Notes under the pieces: model-generated
Told to the model about the DNA's origin: nothing
Databases searched by the model: none
What the model saw: the letters and a program-made list of their open reading frames with translations, nothing else
From: Candidatus Saccharimonadota bacterium
GTDB taxonomy: Bacteria > Patescibacteriota > Saccharimonadia > Saccharimonadales > SZUA-47
Assembly: GCA_016700315.1 (NCBI GenBank)
Contig: CP065013.1
Span: 705,449 to 769,448 of the forward strand
Length of the DNA stretch: 64,000 nt
Direction: 5' to 3'
Made by a program: the position numbers and the translations under genes
Shown here: piece by piece, positions 46,063 through 54,872 of the stretch
Layout of the letters: every line of letters begins with the position of its first letter
How positions within the stretch are numbered: the first letter of the stretch is position 1

Positions 46063-47050
46063 AAAGTTTTATCCTCTTTCTCGGCAATGCATCAATCGCT
46101 TTGATGGCTTGCTGTAATCTCTTTTTGTGACTGCCAGTTACTATAATATAAGGTGTTTTTAGATCAGACAAAGCACTTACAAATGCTTGGTGCATCCAGT
46201 GACGGATGTGCTCACCGTCACGGAACCCATCTTGCACAAATGGTATTTCATCGCCGGTCAAAATGTATAGATCTGCCGGTGCTGTTTTAGCTATTCTATC
46301 TACTTCGGCTGTTGATTCCCCCATATAACGCGTCTGCCATATTTTTGTTGCGAAAGCGTTCGTGTCGCAAATAAGCTTACCGTTGCAAAGACCGGCTAAA
46401 TCGTCCTCGTACTGTTGCTGAAGTCTGGCAATATTTGCAAAGTCTTCATCTTGCCAATCATGCTTGGCGCTTGCCAGTGACATGGTATAGTACCGACCTA
46501 GTTCAACAGTCCATGGACTGGAGTAGTGTTTAGCTAAGCCCTCGGCCAAGGTTGTCGTACCGGTTGATTCGGCGCCAAGCACAACTATGCGCCGACAGAA
46601 AGCCTGTCTTATCCTGGGCAACATAAAGCCCCAGTTTGTAGCCACATCATCTCTGACTTTGGTAGCCGAGATCGGAATCTTGGTGCGGCCAAAATCAACC
46701 ATTCGATGTTTGCAGCCCATTTCTTGCGCCCAGGTTATGCCGTAATTTTCGCTTGTGTAGCAAACGTCAGGTCTGAAGCCTAGAAACTTAATAGTGTGCT
46801 CCGACCAATGAGGTGAATCATCTAGCTCGGGTGGTAGCTCGGGTATCGGTTTTACTATTGCCTTTGGATGAGCTAGTCTTAGCCAATTAGCCCGTATCTC
46901 AGCTGGGATGGTATAGTTTGGATTGTCACAGGGCAGAACATAAACTTCATCACACTCTTCTAGTGCAGTGTTAATTAGGTGGTGGTGACCTTTGTGTGGT
47001 GGGTGGAATTTTCCAACTATTACCGCTCGGCGTGGTTTATTGCTTTTCAT
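46055..47050 (-). CDS. nadR: bifunctional NMN adenylyltransferase / ribosylnicotinamide kinase (NadR-type, no HTH domain)
   Basis: 331 aa. GKFHPPHKGHHHL nucleotidyltransferase motif, then a P-loop GAESTGTTTL kinase domain. Confidence 0.85.
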   Translation of the reverse strand: MKSNKPRRAVIVGKFHPPHKGHHHLINTALEECDEVYVLPCDNPNYTIPAEIRANWLRLAHPKAIVKPIPELPPELDDSPHWSEHTIKFLGFRPDVCYTSENYGITWAQEMGCKHRMVDFGRTKIPISATKVRDDVATNWGFMLPRIRQAFCRRIVVLGAESTGTTTLAEGLAKHYSSPWTVELGRYYTMSLASAKHDWQDEDFANIARLQQQYEDDLAGLCNGKLICDTNAFATKIWQTRYMGESTAEVDRIAKTAPADLYILTGDEIPFVQDGFRDGEHIRHWMHQAFVSALSDLKTPYIIVTGSHKKRLQQAIKAIDALPRKRIKLYA

Positions 47051-47696
47051 AGGTCTTCCTCCAAGTGATGTAGCCCTTGATAGCCAGAAATAAGAAGATC
47101 AGATAGAGCAGGGCGACGAAGGGCACGCCTTTTTTGGCGTAAAGGCCTACGCCAATTACATCTACGACTATCCAAATAGGCCAGTTTTCTAGTCTTTTAA
47201 TAATTAGTAGATATTGAGCGATAAAACTAAGTACCGTAGTAAAGACGTCTAGTAGCACAAAGCTGGCGGGTTCTGGAAAAAGACTCGGCAGCCAGATGTG
47301 TATGTTGCTCATTGCCCAGGCGTAAACGATGGTGCCGAGTATGGCTGTGATTATCCAGGCTTGGTTTTCATGATCAGTGTTTTTGGTAACAATAATATTT
47401 TGATCATCTTCTGCCTTGGTCTTGCGTTTAGCCCAGACGTACCAGCCCCAGAAGCCAGTGATTAGATAGTAGACCTGTTCTGACAAGTCAGCGTATAGGT
47501 GAAGCTGGTAAAACAATGTGCCAAACAACAAAACCCCGATAATACCAATCGGCCAGTTTAGTATGTGTTTTTTAGCAACCAACCAGACACAGGCTAGGTT
47601 TGCTAATGTGCCAAAGAATTCTATGTAACTCATTTGGTAGCCAAGGATGGTAAAGAATGTCGTATTTACGTTAAGTAGGTTTAGCAAGTTACTCAT
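47037..47696 (-). CDS. pnuC: nicotinamide riboside transporter PnuC
   Basis: 219 aa. 7-TM protein with PnuC-type W-rich motifs (NWPIGIIG, GFWGWYVW, NWPIWIVVD). Confidence 0.85.
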   Translation of the reverse strand: MSNLLNLLNVNTTFFTILGYQMSYIEFFGTLANLACVWLVAKKHILNWPIGIIGVLLFGTLFYQLHLYADLSEQVYYLITGFWGWYVWAKRKTKAEDDQNIIVTKNTDHENQAWIITAILGTIVYAWAMSNIHIWLPSLFPEPASFVLLDVFTTVLSFIAQYLLIIKRLENWPIWIVVDVIGVGLYAKKGVPFVALLYLIFLFLAIKGYITWRKTYEKQ

Positions 47697-47706
47697 AATA
47701 TTCCTC

Positions 47707-48987
47707 CTAGAGCGTTATTAGTTGCTTGTTGTTTTCTAGGGCGCTTTCGACTAATTTTCGTGCTACTGCCTGAGCATATTGTTTGACTTTATACTCTGGC
47801 CCTGTGTGCTTGGTTGGGCTGTCGCTCAGTTTTACTGTCGGCGTGCCGTTAACGGCCGTAGCTTTCATAACAATATTGTTGGGTTTTAGGCCAAGGTCAT
47901 TGGTTAGGCTGGTGCCCCAACCGAATAGGAGCTTTATTCGACCGTTAAACTTGTCGGCCAGTCGAACGATTTGGTCAATATCTAAACCGTCACTAAATAC
48001 TAGGGTTTTAGTCGCGGGATCAATATTATTTGATTCGTAAAAGTCGATGACTTTATTAGCAAATTCGATTGGATCACCAGAATCGTGCCTTAAGCCTTTC
48101 CAGGCTTTGGCCTGCTCACTAGAGAAATTGGCCAAAAAGAAATCGCTGCCAAAAGTATCGGATAACGCAATACTCAAATCGGGGCCATAAAGTTCCTGCC
48201 AATCTTCTAGCATTTCCTTGTGGCCTTCTAGCGGGTTACGACCAGTTTGGTCGGCTAATCCGGCGTAGACCATTGGTAGCTCATGCGCAAATGTGCCGAC
48301 TGCCGGAAGACCATATTTGTGAGCAAAGTAGACATTGGATGTTCCAATAATATTTTGCGGACACTCATTAACTAAACGCTCAATAACATGTTGATGCCAG
48401 CGGAAAGAAAAGCGTCGCCTGGTGCCGAAATCTATAATTTTTATGTCGGGGCGAGACTTTAGGGTCTCGATTTTTTTGTCTAGTCTTTTGTCGCCTTCTT
48501 CGTACAGTTCGGTTACATCCAGGCCTTCGCTGCGTACTTTATTGTTAAAATAAATCTCATTTTCTTCAGCCATAACAACTGTTTCCCAAAAACTTACTAG
48601 GGGCATATCACCAGTTGGCTGGGCGGTTATTTCGCCCGATGAATCGTAGTCGACTTTAATTTCTGGTAGTTTGCTTACTGCCAGGTAGCCCAAGAAGTCT
48701 TTACTAAAAAGCGGTTGTCCATCGCTTCTTTTGATACCCGAGATTGACTCAATGTCTTTTTCGGTCCAGCCAGATCTAAGGCTATCAAGTCTTTGCTGTA
48801 ATTCCTGGGCACTTACATACACTGATAGCGGCTGGTCGTGGTTCCTGTTGATTAGCGAGAATGTTACCTGCGCATCTGGGTGTTTCTCGAAAGCTAGCTG
48901 GCTCATGGTTGGCTTGTAAAAGTCTAGGTCGGCGGTCAATCTATTTTGTCCGATTTCTGGACCAATCATAATTTCTGAGGTCGTCAT
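47707..48987 (-). CDS. pncB: nicotinate phosphoribosyltransferase
   Basis: 426 aa. DFYKPTMSQ N-terminus, DFGTRRRFS, GTFAHE and SDGLD blocks of the PncB family. Confidence 0.8.
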   Translation of the reverse strand: MTTSEIMIGPEIGQNRLTADLDFYKPTMSQLAFEKHPDAQVTFSLINRNHDQPLSVYVSAQELQQRLDSLRSGWTEKDIESISGIKRSDGQPLFSKDFLGYLAVSKLPEIKVDYDSSGEITAQPTGDMPLVSFWETVVMAEENEIYFNNKVRSEGLDVTELYEEGDKRLDKKIETLKSRPDIKIIDFGTRRRFSFRWHQHVIERLVNECPQNIIGTSNVYFAHKYGLPAVGTFAHELPMVYAGLADQTGRNPLEGHKEMLEDWQELYGPDLSIALSDTFGSDFFLANFSSEQAKAWKGLRHDSGDPIEFANKVIDFYESNNIDPATKTLVFSDGLDIDQIVRLADKFNGRIKLLFGWGTSLTNDLGLKPNNIVMKATAVNGTPTVKLSDSPTKHTGPEYKVKQYAQAVARKLVESALENNKQLITL

Positions 48988-49676
48988 TGTGGGCCGCCTA
49001 ACTCTACTATTAATTCGTTAGTATTCATTAGTCTTACCCCAGCGGCGCGTAGATCTACTAAAGCCTGTTCGCCAGTTTCTTGAGCGACTGGTTTAGTGGC
49101 ATCTGTCACGACAACTACATCGATAGCGGACTTTCGCTTAAAATCTATCGCGGTGGCTTTTACGCAGTAATCAAGCGCCAAGCCACCTAAGACAAGGGTT
49201 TTTACATTGTTTTTATTTAAAAATTGGGGTAGTGTTTCTTTCTTTTGGCTAGATAACTCACCCATGCCTAAGTAATATTCGTTGATTCGAAAAGCATTGA
49301 AGCCACTATAGCTAGTGTCGTCTTTGCCATCATGTAGAATTTCTTGTCCTTTTTTGAACTTATGTGTCATTTCGGGTAGTTTTATGTCTTGGTGCAATTT
49401 TGCTCCATCTGTATGGGCTACACAGTGGGTAGGCCAAGTCGTCATGTAATTTGGGTTTTCATTAAAATGGGCAGTTTCTTTAGGGTGCCAATCTTGTGTA
49501 GTGAACACTAAATCAAAAGAACCACTAAGCAACAATTTATTAAGCGGGGCTATAATTTTTTCGCCGTCGGGGACTGTCAGCTCACCAAAGCCTTGTTGTC
49601 CTAGGCGTTCACCCTCGCCAGCTGGCATAAACCCGCGCTGAGCATCAATTATCCCAAGCGCTATATCTTTATTCAT
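48984..49676 (-). CDS. pncA: nicotinamidase (isochorismatase fold)
   Basis: 230 aa. IIDAQRGF, ...QDWHP..., and the catalytic Cys context GLALDYCV. Confidence 0.85.
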   Translation of the reverse strand: MNKDIALGIIDAQRGFMPAGEGERLGQQGFGELTVPDGEKIIAPLNKLLLSGSFDLVFTTQDWHPKETAHFNENPNYMTTWPTHCVAHTDGAKLHQDIKLPEMTHKFKKGQEILHDGKDDTSYSGFNAFRINEYYLGMGELSSQKKETLPQFLNKNNVKTLVLGGLALDYCVKATAIDFKRKSAIDVVVVTDATKPVAQETGEQALVDLRAAGVRLMNTNELIVELGGPQ

Positions 49677-49694
49677 AACCTACCTCCTTTATAG

Positions 49695-49715
49695 TTAGTG
49701 TGTACTTGACACTTA
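49695..49715. promoter_or_regulatory. candidate NrtR operator 1 (TTAGTGT-GTACTTG-ACACTTA), overlapping the -35 TTGACA of the rightward promoter
   Basis: 21-bp imperfect palindrome. TTGACA at 49706-49711 with TATATA at 49729-49734 (17-nt spacer). Confidence 0.6.
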
Positions 49716-49740
49716 CTGACATTAGGAGTATATATAATAG

Positions 49741-49761
49741 TTAGTGTATTGTCAACACTAT
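49741..49761. promoter_or_regulatory. candidate NrtR operator 2 (TTAGTGT-ATTGTCA-ACACTAT), overlapping the -35 of the leftward pncA promoter
   Basis: The reverse strand reads TTGACA-17-TATACT, directed at pncA. Confidence 0.6.
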
Positions 49762-49793
49762 TTCACAAAACTAAGTTAGAAAGAGTTAAAAGA

Positions 49794-50666
49794 ATGAAGA
49801 ATATATTTATTCCGTCTACGGTCGAAGAATATAGAGCCGACATAATTGAAAGAACTTTACTTGATAAAACAATTGCTGAAAATGATTTTTACAAAAACTT
49901 GGCAGGCTGGGTAATCGATCGAAAGACGCCAATATTATACGAGCAAGAATATGATGATGAGTATGCTAATTTTAGTATTAATTTTAATTGGCTACTTTTA
50001 CGAGATTATTCAAAAACAAAGCTAGGACCACCAGACACAATCGCTAGTTTATACGCGGTTCATGAATTTACTCATATGACCCATCGTCTGCCTACTAGCT
50101 TAAGTAATATAAGTGCTCAAGAATATGCTGAAGATTTCACAAAAAGTGAATATAGAGCAAGCAATGAAAGTGAAATATTAGTTCATTATCGGATACCGGG
50201 CATACGTGAGTTTTGCTTTGGTGGTATGAAAATAGCATACGATATGTTGAAGGAACACGGTATTAATGTAACAGATTCATATAGCTTGTCATTATTGAGG
50301 CCCTTACTAATAGAAACTAGTCTGCTAGACGAATACTTTAGCAAAAATCAAGATGATGCAACGATACTATCACGCCTAAAACAGTACGGTGGCAATCGAA
50401 GTTGGGCAATAGCCCGCTTTAACCGAATCAGAAGTCTTTTTGATGCAACCAACTTAGCCCAGTCGATTGGTTTAGCAGACGGAGAATACGAGGCTACTAT
50501 AGCAGCCTATGAACCACATATAGATCAAGAAGAATACGAAGAAAATATCATTAGAAATGTAAAATTTGGCTATTTAATGTGCGGCCTAGCTGAACCTGAG
50601 TTCTATTCCTTTGGTGATGCTTTAGCCGCCGCTAAAGAACTGGAGGGACATCATGCAAGAGTTTGA
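49794..50666 (+). CDS. hypothetical protein with an HExxH motif
   Basis: ATG at 49794 is preferred. 290 aa. AVHEFTHMTH (HEFTH at 50061-50075) is the only recognisable motif. Confidence 0.65.
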   Translation: MKNIFIPSTVEEYRADIIERTLLDKTIAENDFYKNLAGWVIDRKTPILYEQEYDDEYANFSINFNWLLLRDYSKTKLGPPDTIASLYAVHEFTHMTHRLPTSLSNISAQEYAEDFTKSEYRASNESEILVHYRIPGIREFCFGGMKIAYDMLKEHGINVTDSYSLSLLRPLLIETSLLDEYFSKNQDDATILSRLKQYGGNRSWAIARFNRIRSLFDATNLAQSIGLADGEYEATIAAYEPHIDQEEYEENIIRNVKFGYLMCGLAEPEFYSFGDALAAAKELEGHHARV

Positions 50667-51669
50667 AGTCAACCCAGAGCATATAATGAAGGATGTATAT
50701 AGTTATCCATTTCCAGAAGTTAGAGATTTGCTAAGAGAACAACAGTTTGATCCAGATCTAACTATTAATACTATAACTAGACCTGAAGCGCAGATCATGC
50801 TGAGTGGCTATAACTTTGATCCGCCCCTAGATCTGCCTGTCACTAATTCTGGTAGTATCGACCTTGATGAACTGCATCTTGCAGCTATCGAGAGAATAAG
50901 ACTGGTCCAGGAAAGATTTTTACCGGGCCTCAGCGGTTTTAGTGAGGCTTATCCGATGCATGGATCTAGCCAAGCTATGTTTAATCTGATGGCCGAGTGG
51001 TCGGCTAAAGGCAAGATGGAGTCCCTTGCTGTTATAGATGGTGAGTATGACGGCTACGCGGCCTATGCAAAATCATTGAATATTAAGGTGGAGTGTTTTG
51101 CTGAGCTAGCCGATGCTAGTGTTGAGCCAGGTCGAGTTTGGTTCGTTTCGAACCCAAACGCTAGGGCAGGTAACTGGATAGATTCAGACGCTTGGCAGCA
51201 ATTTGTAGAAGCCGGCCATAATATAGTGCTCGATGCGGCATACGTTGGCTTGACGTCTGATCAGCGACAACTTGATGTCAGCTCGCCAAATATCATGGCA
51301 GTCTTAACCTCGCCGTCGAAAATTTTCGGAGTTTTTCGTTACCGTAATACCGGCGTTACGTACGTGCGCGAGCCGGTCGAGTGTATGTACGGGAGCAAGT
51401 GGTTTAAGGATATACCGGCCCTGTTTGCAACGCTTAGTCTTTATGAAAATTTTGGCGACGGACAGCTGGCTGAAAAATATTGTAGTACGCAAGAACTTAT
51501 TTGTAGTAAACTTGCTCAAAAGGTTGGTTCTTTAGTGATGCCGAGCGACGTACTACTATTGGCCAACAGTCCGGGCCCTGTTCACGCAGACTACGAACAC
51601 TACCGGCGTGCTGGAGCTTATAGGTTTGGTTTAACTAAGTTATTCGAAGATTTGGAAAAAGAGATTTAA
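50653..51669 (+). CDS. PLP-dependent fold-type I (class I/II aminotransferase-like) protein
   Basis: 338 aa with a GGAGGG Shine-Dalgarno sequence. FVSNPNARAGN (cf. NPNNPTG), LDAAYVG (cf. DEAY), SPSKIFGVFRYRNTG with Lys223 (cf. SxSK...G.R.G). Confidence 0.6.
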   Translation: MQEFEVNPEHIMKDVYSYPFPEVRDLLREQQFDPDLTINTITRPEAQIMLSGYNFDPPLDLPVTNSGSIDLDELHLAAIERIRLVQERFLPGLSGFSEAYPMHGSSQAMFNLMAEWSAKGKMESLAVIDGEYDGYAAYAKSLNIKVECFAELADASVEPGRVWFVSNPNARAGNWIDSDAWQQFVEAGHNIVLDAAYVGLTSDQRQLDVSSPNIMAVLTSPSKIFGVFRYRNTGVTYVREPVECMYGSKWFKDIPALFATLSLYENFGDGQLAEKYCSTQELICSKLAQKVGSLVMPSDVLLLANSPGPVHADYEHYRRAGAYRFGLTKLFEDLEKEI

Positions 51670-52667
51670 TGACCGCCAAAAATTATAGACAAACAGCTGA
51701 GCAATTGTTGCCTGCGATCGCATATGGCGATTCTGCCGGATTGCCATTAGAGTCTTTAACTAGGTATGACATAGCTTCAAAGTATGGGCTTGTGGATAAA
51801 TTAATTGATATCCCTTCTTCACATTTAGGTTATGGCTATGCTGAAGCCGGTTCTTGGAGTGATGATACGCAGCTCAGTTGCGCCATGATCAGATCAATCT
51901 TGGATTCAAATGGTTTTGATATTGATGATATGGCCTTAAAACACGTTGATGCATTAAATAGCACTCCTTTGGTGTCTCGCCCGAATAAAATGCCTGTTTA
52001 TCGTGGTTGGGGCGGCTCAACGATTGAAAGCGTAAAGCGTCTAGCTAATGGCTGCTCACCATTATTGTCTGGCAGCACTGAGGGAGTTGGTAACGGTGTG
52101 CTGATGAAATTAGCGCCGTTGGCACTCTGGCAGCAGGCGGCGGGTATAAGCAGTGATTTAGCGGAGAAACAGGCCGTGTTGTTAACGAACATGACCCACA
52201 ATAACGAGCTATCTAGACAAGTCACGCTGACTCATCTTGAAGTTCAGAAGACGCTTACCGATGCTCCAGAGCTGATGGCAAAGGCTGGTATCATTGCTTT
52301 AGATTTTGTAAAAAACAAAGGTTTTAAACCCGAGCTACAAAACGCACTTTCTTATTTTATTCAAAAGATCGTATCCATAGAAGATGTACTTAGCTATACA
52401 GACGGGAAAGGGTTTTATGCACCTCAAACACTAGCGATGGCATATGGGGTTCTTGCAACTCGGCCGGAAACTTTCAATGACGCTATTTTTGCGGCCGTAA
52501 ATATGGGAGGCGATACTGATAGTATTGCTTCTATTGTTGCTGCATGTTGGACCTTAGCTTGGGGTAGTGCAGAGTTGCCTCACGATGCCAACAAAATAGC
52601 AGATATAGATAAACTTAATGATTTATCGATAAAGTTCGGAGGCTTTATTAGTAAAGTGGCCGAGTAA
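51669..52667 (+). CDS. ADP-ribosylglycohydrolase family protein
   Basis: 332 aa. YGDSAGLPLE, WSDDTQLS and GGDTDSIASIVAA blocks of the ARH/DraG family. Its start overlaps the upstream stop (TAATGA). Confidence 0.85.
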   Translation: MTAKNYRQTAEQLLPAIAYGDSAGLPLESLTRYDIASKYGLVDKLIDIPSSHLGYGYAEAGSWSDDTQLSCAMIRSILDSNGFDIDDMALKHVDALNSTPLVSRPNKMPVYRGWGGSTIESVKRLANGCSPLLSGSTEGVGNGVLMKLAPLALWQQAAGISSDLAEKQAVLLTNMTHNNELSRQVTLTHLEVQKTLTDAPELMAKAGIIALDFVKNKGFKPELQNALSYFIQKIVSIEDVLSYTDGKGFYAPQTLAMAYGVLATRPETFNDAIFAAVNMGGDTDSIASIVAACWTLAWGSAELPHDANKIADIDKLNDLSIKFGGFISKVAE

Positions 52668-52712
52668 GCTGAAGCTAGCTGGAAAATTTAAGTAAAAAGA
52701 TAGTTTTGATAG

Positions 52713-53390
52713 CTAATCGAAGCTTCTGGATAGTGTATCGAGTGATTTGCTATTGAACTCAAACAGGCGTGCCGGGCGGTGGGCGCCACTTTTACTTATT
52801 TCATTGGTTTCCTTGATTAGATTTAGGCTTAAAAACTTTTTGCGAAAATTACGCTTATCTAGTTCTCTGCCAAATACTGCTTCGTAAGACTTTTGCAGTT
52901 CAGTCAGTGTGAATTTTGGCTGTAATAGCCCATATACGGCATTAGTGTAAGTTAGCTTGGCTGCCAACCTTTCACGAGCGTAGGCAATAATTTTTTGGTG
53001 GTCGTATGCCAGTGGCGGTAATTCATCGACAGCAAAAAATGACGTTTCTTCGCTGCCTCCAGAGTGTGCGATATTCGTTCCGCAGCCCATATAGGTAACT
53101 GATACGGCGTGGCCGCGGGGGTCACGGGCGACGGTATCAAAAGTATAGAGCTGTTCGATGTATCTTAGGTTTTTTAAGACATCTGTTCCGGCTTTGCGGT
53201 TGACTATATTTCTCAAGGCTTCTTTAGTTGTTTCGCCTGCTGGATTATATCCTCCGGGCAAGGCCCAGCTACCCTTAAAGGGGGCGTTGCTTCTTTTTAT
53301 CAACATTACCTCAAGCTTGTGATTAGTTAGTTGGAATATCACAGCATCGACTGTAAGAGTTGGTGGTATGTATGTATTAGCGTAGTGCAT
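52713..53390 (-). CDS. nrtR: Nudix-related transcriptional regulator NrtR
   Basis: 225 aa. N-terminal Nudix-like domain with a degenerate Nudix box (WALPGGYNPAGETTKEALRNIVNRKAG) and a C-terminal winged-helix region (...FTLTELQKSYEAVFGRELDKRNFRKK). Confidence 0.8.
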   Translation of the reverse strand: MHYANTYIPPTLTVDAVIFQLTNHKLEVMLIKRSNAPFKGSWALPGGYNPAGETTKEALRNIVNRKAGTDVLKNLRYIEQLYTFDTVARDPRGHAVSVTYMGCGTNIAHSGGSEETSFFAVDELPPLAYDHQKIIAYARERLAAKLTYTNAVYGLLQPKFTLTELQKSYEAVFGRELDKRNFRKKFLSLNLIKETNEISKSGAHRPARLFEFNSKSLDTLSRSFD

Positions 53391-53409
53391 ACACTTAGCT
53401 TACATCACT

Positions 53410-54240
53410 TTAGCGTGCAATCAATAAATCAGTGTAGGCCCGAGGCAAGCTTCTCTTGTGTTCGGTCTTCAAAAAATGTTGTTCTATCCTAGAAGCAACA
53501 GAAGTGCTAACCTTTTTACCTTCTAGGTAGTCATCTAACTGATCATATGTTAAGCCCAGTTCATCCTCGTCTGCCTGAGCTGGTTTATTATCCAAAAGAT
53601 CTGCCGTTGGCCGTTTGCTAACAAAAATCTTGGGGGCACCAAGCTCTTGCAATAATTGGCGGCCTTGACGTTTATTAAGACCAGATAGTGGTAACACATC
53701 AGCTCCGCCGTCACCAAACTTAGTAAAGAAGCCAACTGCCGCTTCGGCAGCATGGTCCGTGCCAATCACTAATAAACCATACTGACCAGCTATGGCGTAC
53801 TGGGCTATCATGCGCATTCTAGCCTTGACATTACCTTTATGATAATCGGGCAGCTCCAAATTTTCACTGCTTGCAAAAGTTTTTGCTAATGCATCTGTTG
53901 CGCTTCTGATATCGAAATCGTGCGGCGTAATCTCAGAATCTATGACCTTACAGGCTAATTCGGCATCATATCTGTCGGTCTGAGTTCCGTACGGCAATAA
54001 AACGGGGTGAAAAGTTACATTTTTACCAGTACGTTCGTGTAAATTCATGACAGCTCGTTGCGCTAACATACCCGCCAGTAGCGAGTCTTGCCCGCCAGAT
54101 ATGCCTAAAACGTAACCATTCATTCCAGACTTATCAAGGTACTGTTCTAAAAATAAAGTCCTGTCTGCAATTTCTTCAACAGGGTCTATCTCTGGCTTTA
54201 CGCCAAGCTCATTAATTATTTTATGCTGTAAAGTTTCCAT
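53410..54240 (-). CDS. nadE: ammonia-dependent NAD+ synthetase
   Basis: 276 aa. PP-loop GISGGQDSLL and the NadE C-terminal blocks. Confidence 0.93.
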   Translation of the reverse strand: METLQHKIINELGVKPEIDPVEEIADRTLFLEQYLDKSGMNGYVLGISGGQDSLLAGMLAQRAVMNLHERTGKNVTFHPVLLPYGTQTDRYDAELACKVIDSEITPHDFDIRSATDALAKTFASSENLELPDYHKGNVKARMRMIAQYAIAGQYGLLVIGTDHAAEAAVGFFTKFGDGGADVLPLSGLNKRQGRQLLQELGAPKIFVSKRPTADLLDNKPAQADEDELGLTYDQLDDYLEGKKVSTSVASRIEQHFLKTEHKRSLPRAYTDLLIAR

Positions 54241-54301
54241 ATTTTAGCTCCTCCTGTTTAAAAATAAATGCTCCTAACAGGGAGTGTACTCTCAAAATTA
54301 A

Positions 54302-54322
54302 ATAGTGTCAATAGCACACTAA
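54302..54322. promoter_or_regulatory. candidate NrtR operator 3 (reverse strand TTAGTGT-GCTATTG-ACACTAT), overlapping the -35 of the nadE promoter
   Basis: The reverse strand has TTGACA-17-TACACT directed at nadE, and the palindrome includes the TTGACA. Confidence 0.6.
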
Positions 54323-54381
54323 CATTTATAATTGTTTGACACTTTGCTTATGCTTATGGCAAAATACCTTTTAGGAGTCGG

Positions 54382-54483
54382 ATGTCAAATGGCTCGAGTA
54401 AACAAAAATTATTAAAAACAAAAAACCCGAGCCGGGTGGGCACACCCGACTACTCAATTAAAAAAGATTCACCAAAAAAGTGA
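54382..54483 (+). CDS. candidate small basic protein (33 aa), not in the ORF track
   Basis: AGGAG Shine-Dalgarno sequence 5 nt upstream of the ATG. Translation MSNGSSKQKLLKTKNPSRVGTPDYSIKKDSPKK. The stop TGA is embedded in the terminator stem, and TTGACA lies at 54336-54341. Confidence 0.4.
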   Translation: MSNGSSKQKLLKTKNPSRVGTPDYSIKKDSPKK

Positions 54484-54492
54484 ATCTTTTTT
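54466..54492. terminator. intrinsic terminator (GATTCAC-CAAAAAA-GTGAATC followed by T6), A-tract on the other side
   Basis: Read directly. Confidence 0.6.
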
Positions 54493-54538
54493 AATAAGTG
54501 CACATCTGTTAAAATAGGCTAAGTATCTGGGGCATTGG

Positions 54539-54615
54539 CGCAGTTGGCTAGCGCGCTTCCATGGCATGGAAGAGGTCAAGGGTTCGAATCCCTTATGCTC
54601 CACCAAGTCGGAACA
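54539..54615 (+). tRNA. tRNA-Ala (anticodon GGC), CCA encoded
   Basis: Acceptor GGGGCAT/ATGCTCC with the G3:U70 Ala identity pair, anticodon arm CTTCC-ATGGCAT-GGAAG, T arm AAGGG-TTCGAAT-CCCTT. Confidence 0.92.
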
Positions 54616-54628
54616 TTAAGGAATTTTT

Positions 54629-54814
54629 ATGAATACTCCAGAGTGTATCAAAGAAATAACAGAACAAGCACTTAGACGGCAAGTAATAAAAGAAGCAGTA
54701 AATGGCGCTATTGCTGAGACTCCACGTACTTTATCTGGTGGTGTAAATAGATCAAAATTTATGGGAGCCCAGGTAAGCAGGTATATCAGTTTTGATAGAG
54801 TAACACCGGTTTAA
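54629..54814 (+). CDS. small hypothetical protein (61 aa)
   Basis: ORF with a weak AAGGA Shine-Dalgarno sequence. No motif recognised. Confidence 0.35.
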   Translation: MNTPECIKEITEQALRRQVIKEAVNGAIAETPRTLSGGVNRSKFMGAQVSRYISFDRVTPV

Positions 54815-54872
54815 AGTCGAAACTTGATAACGTGTTTATTATGTTTAGCAAAACGTCTGTTACAATAACATT

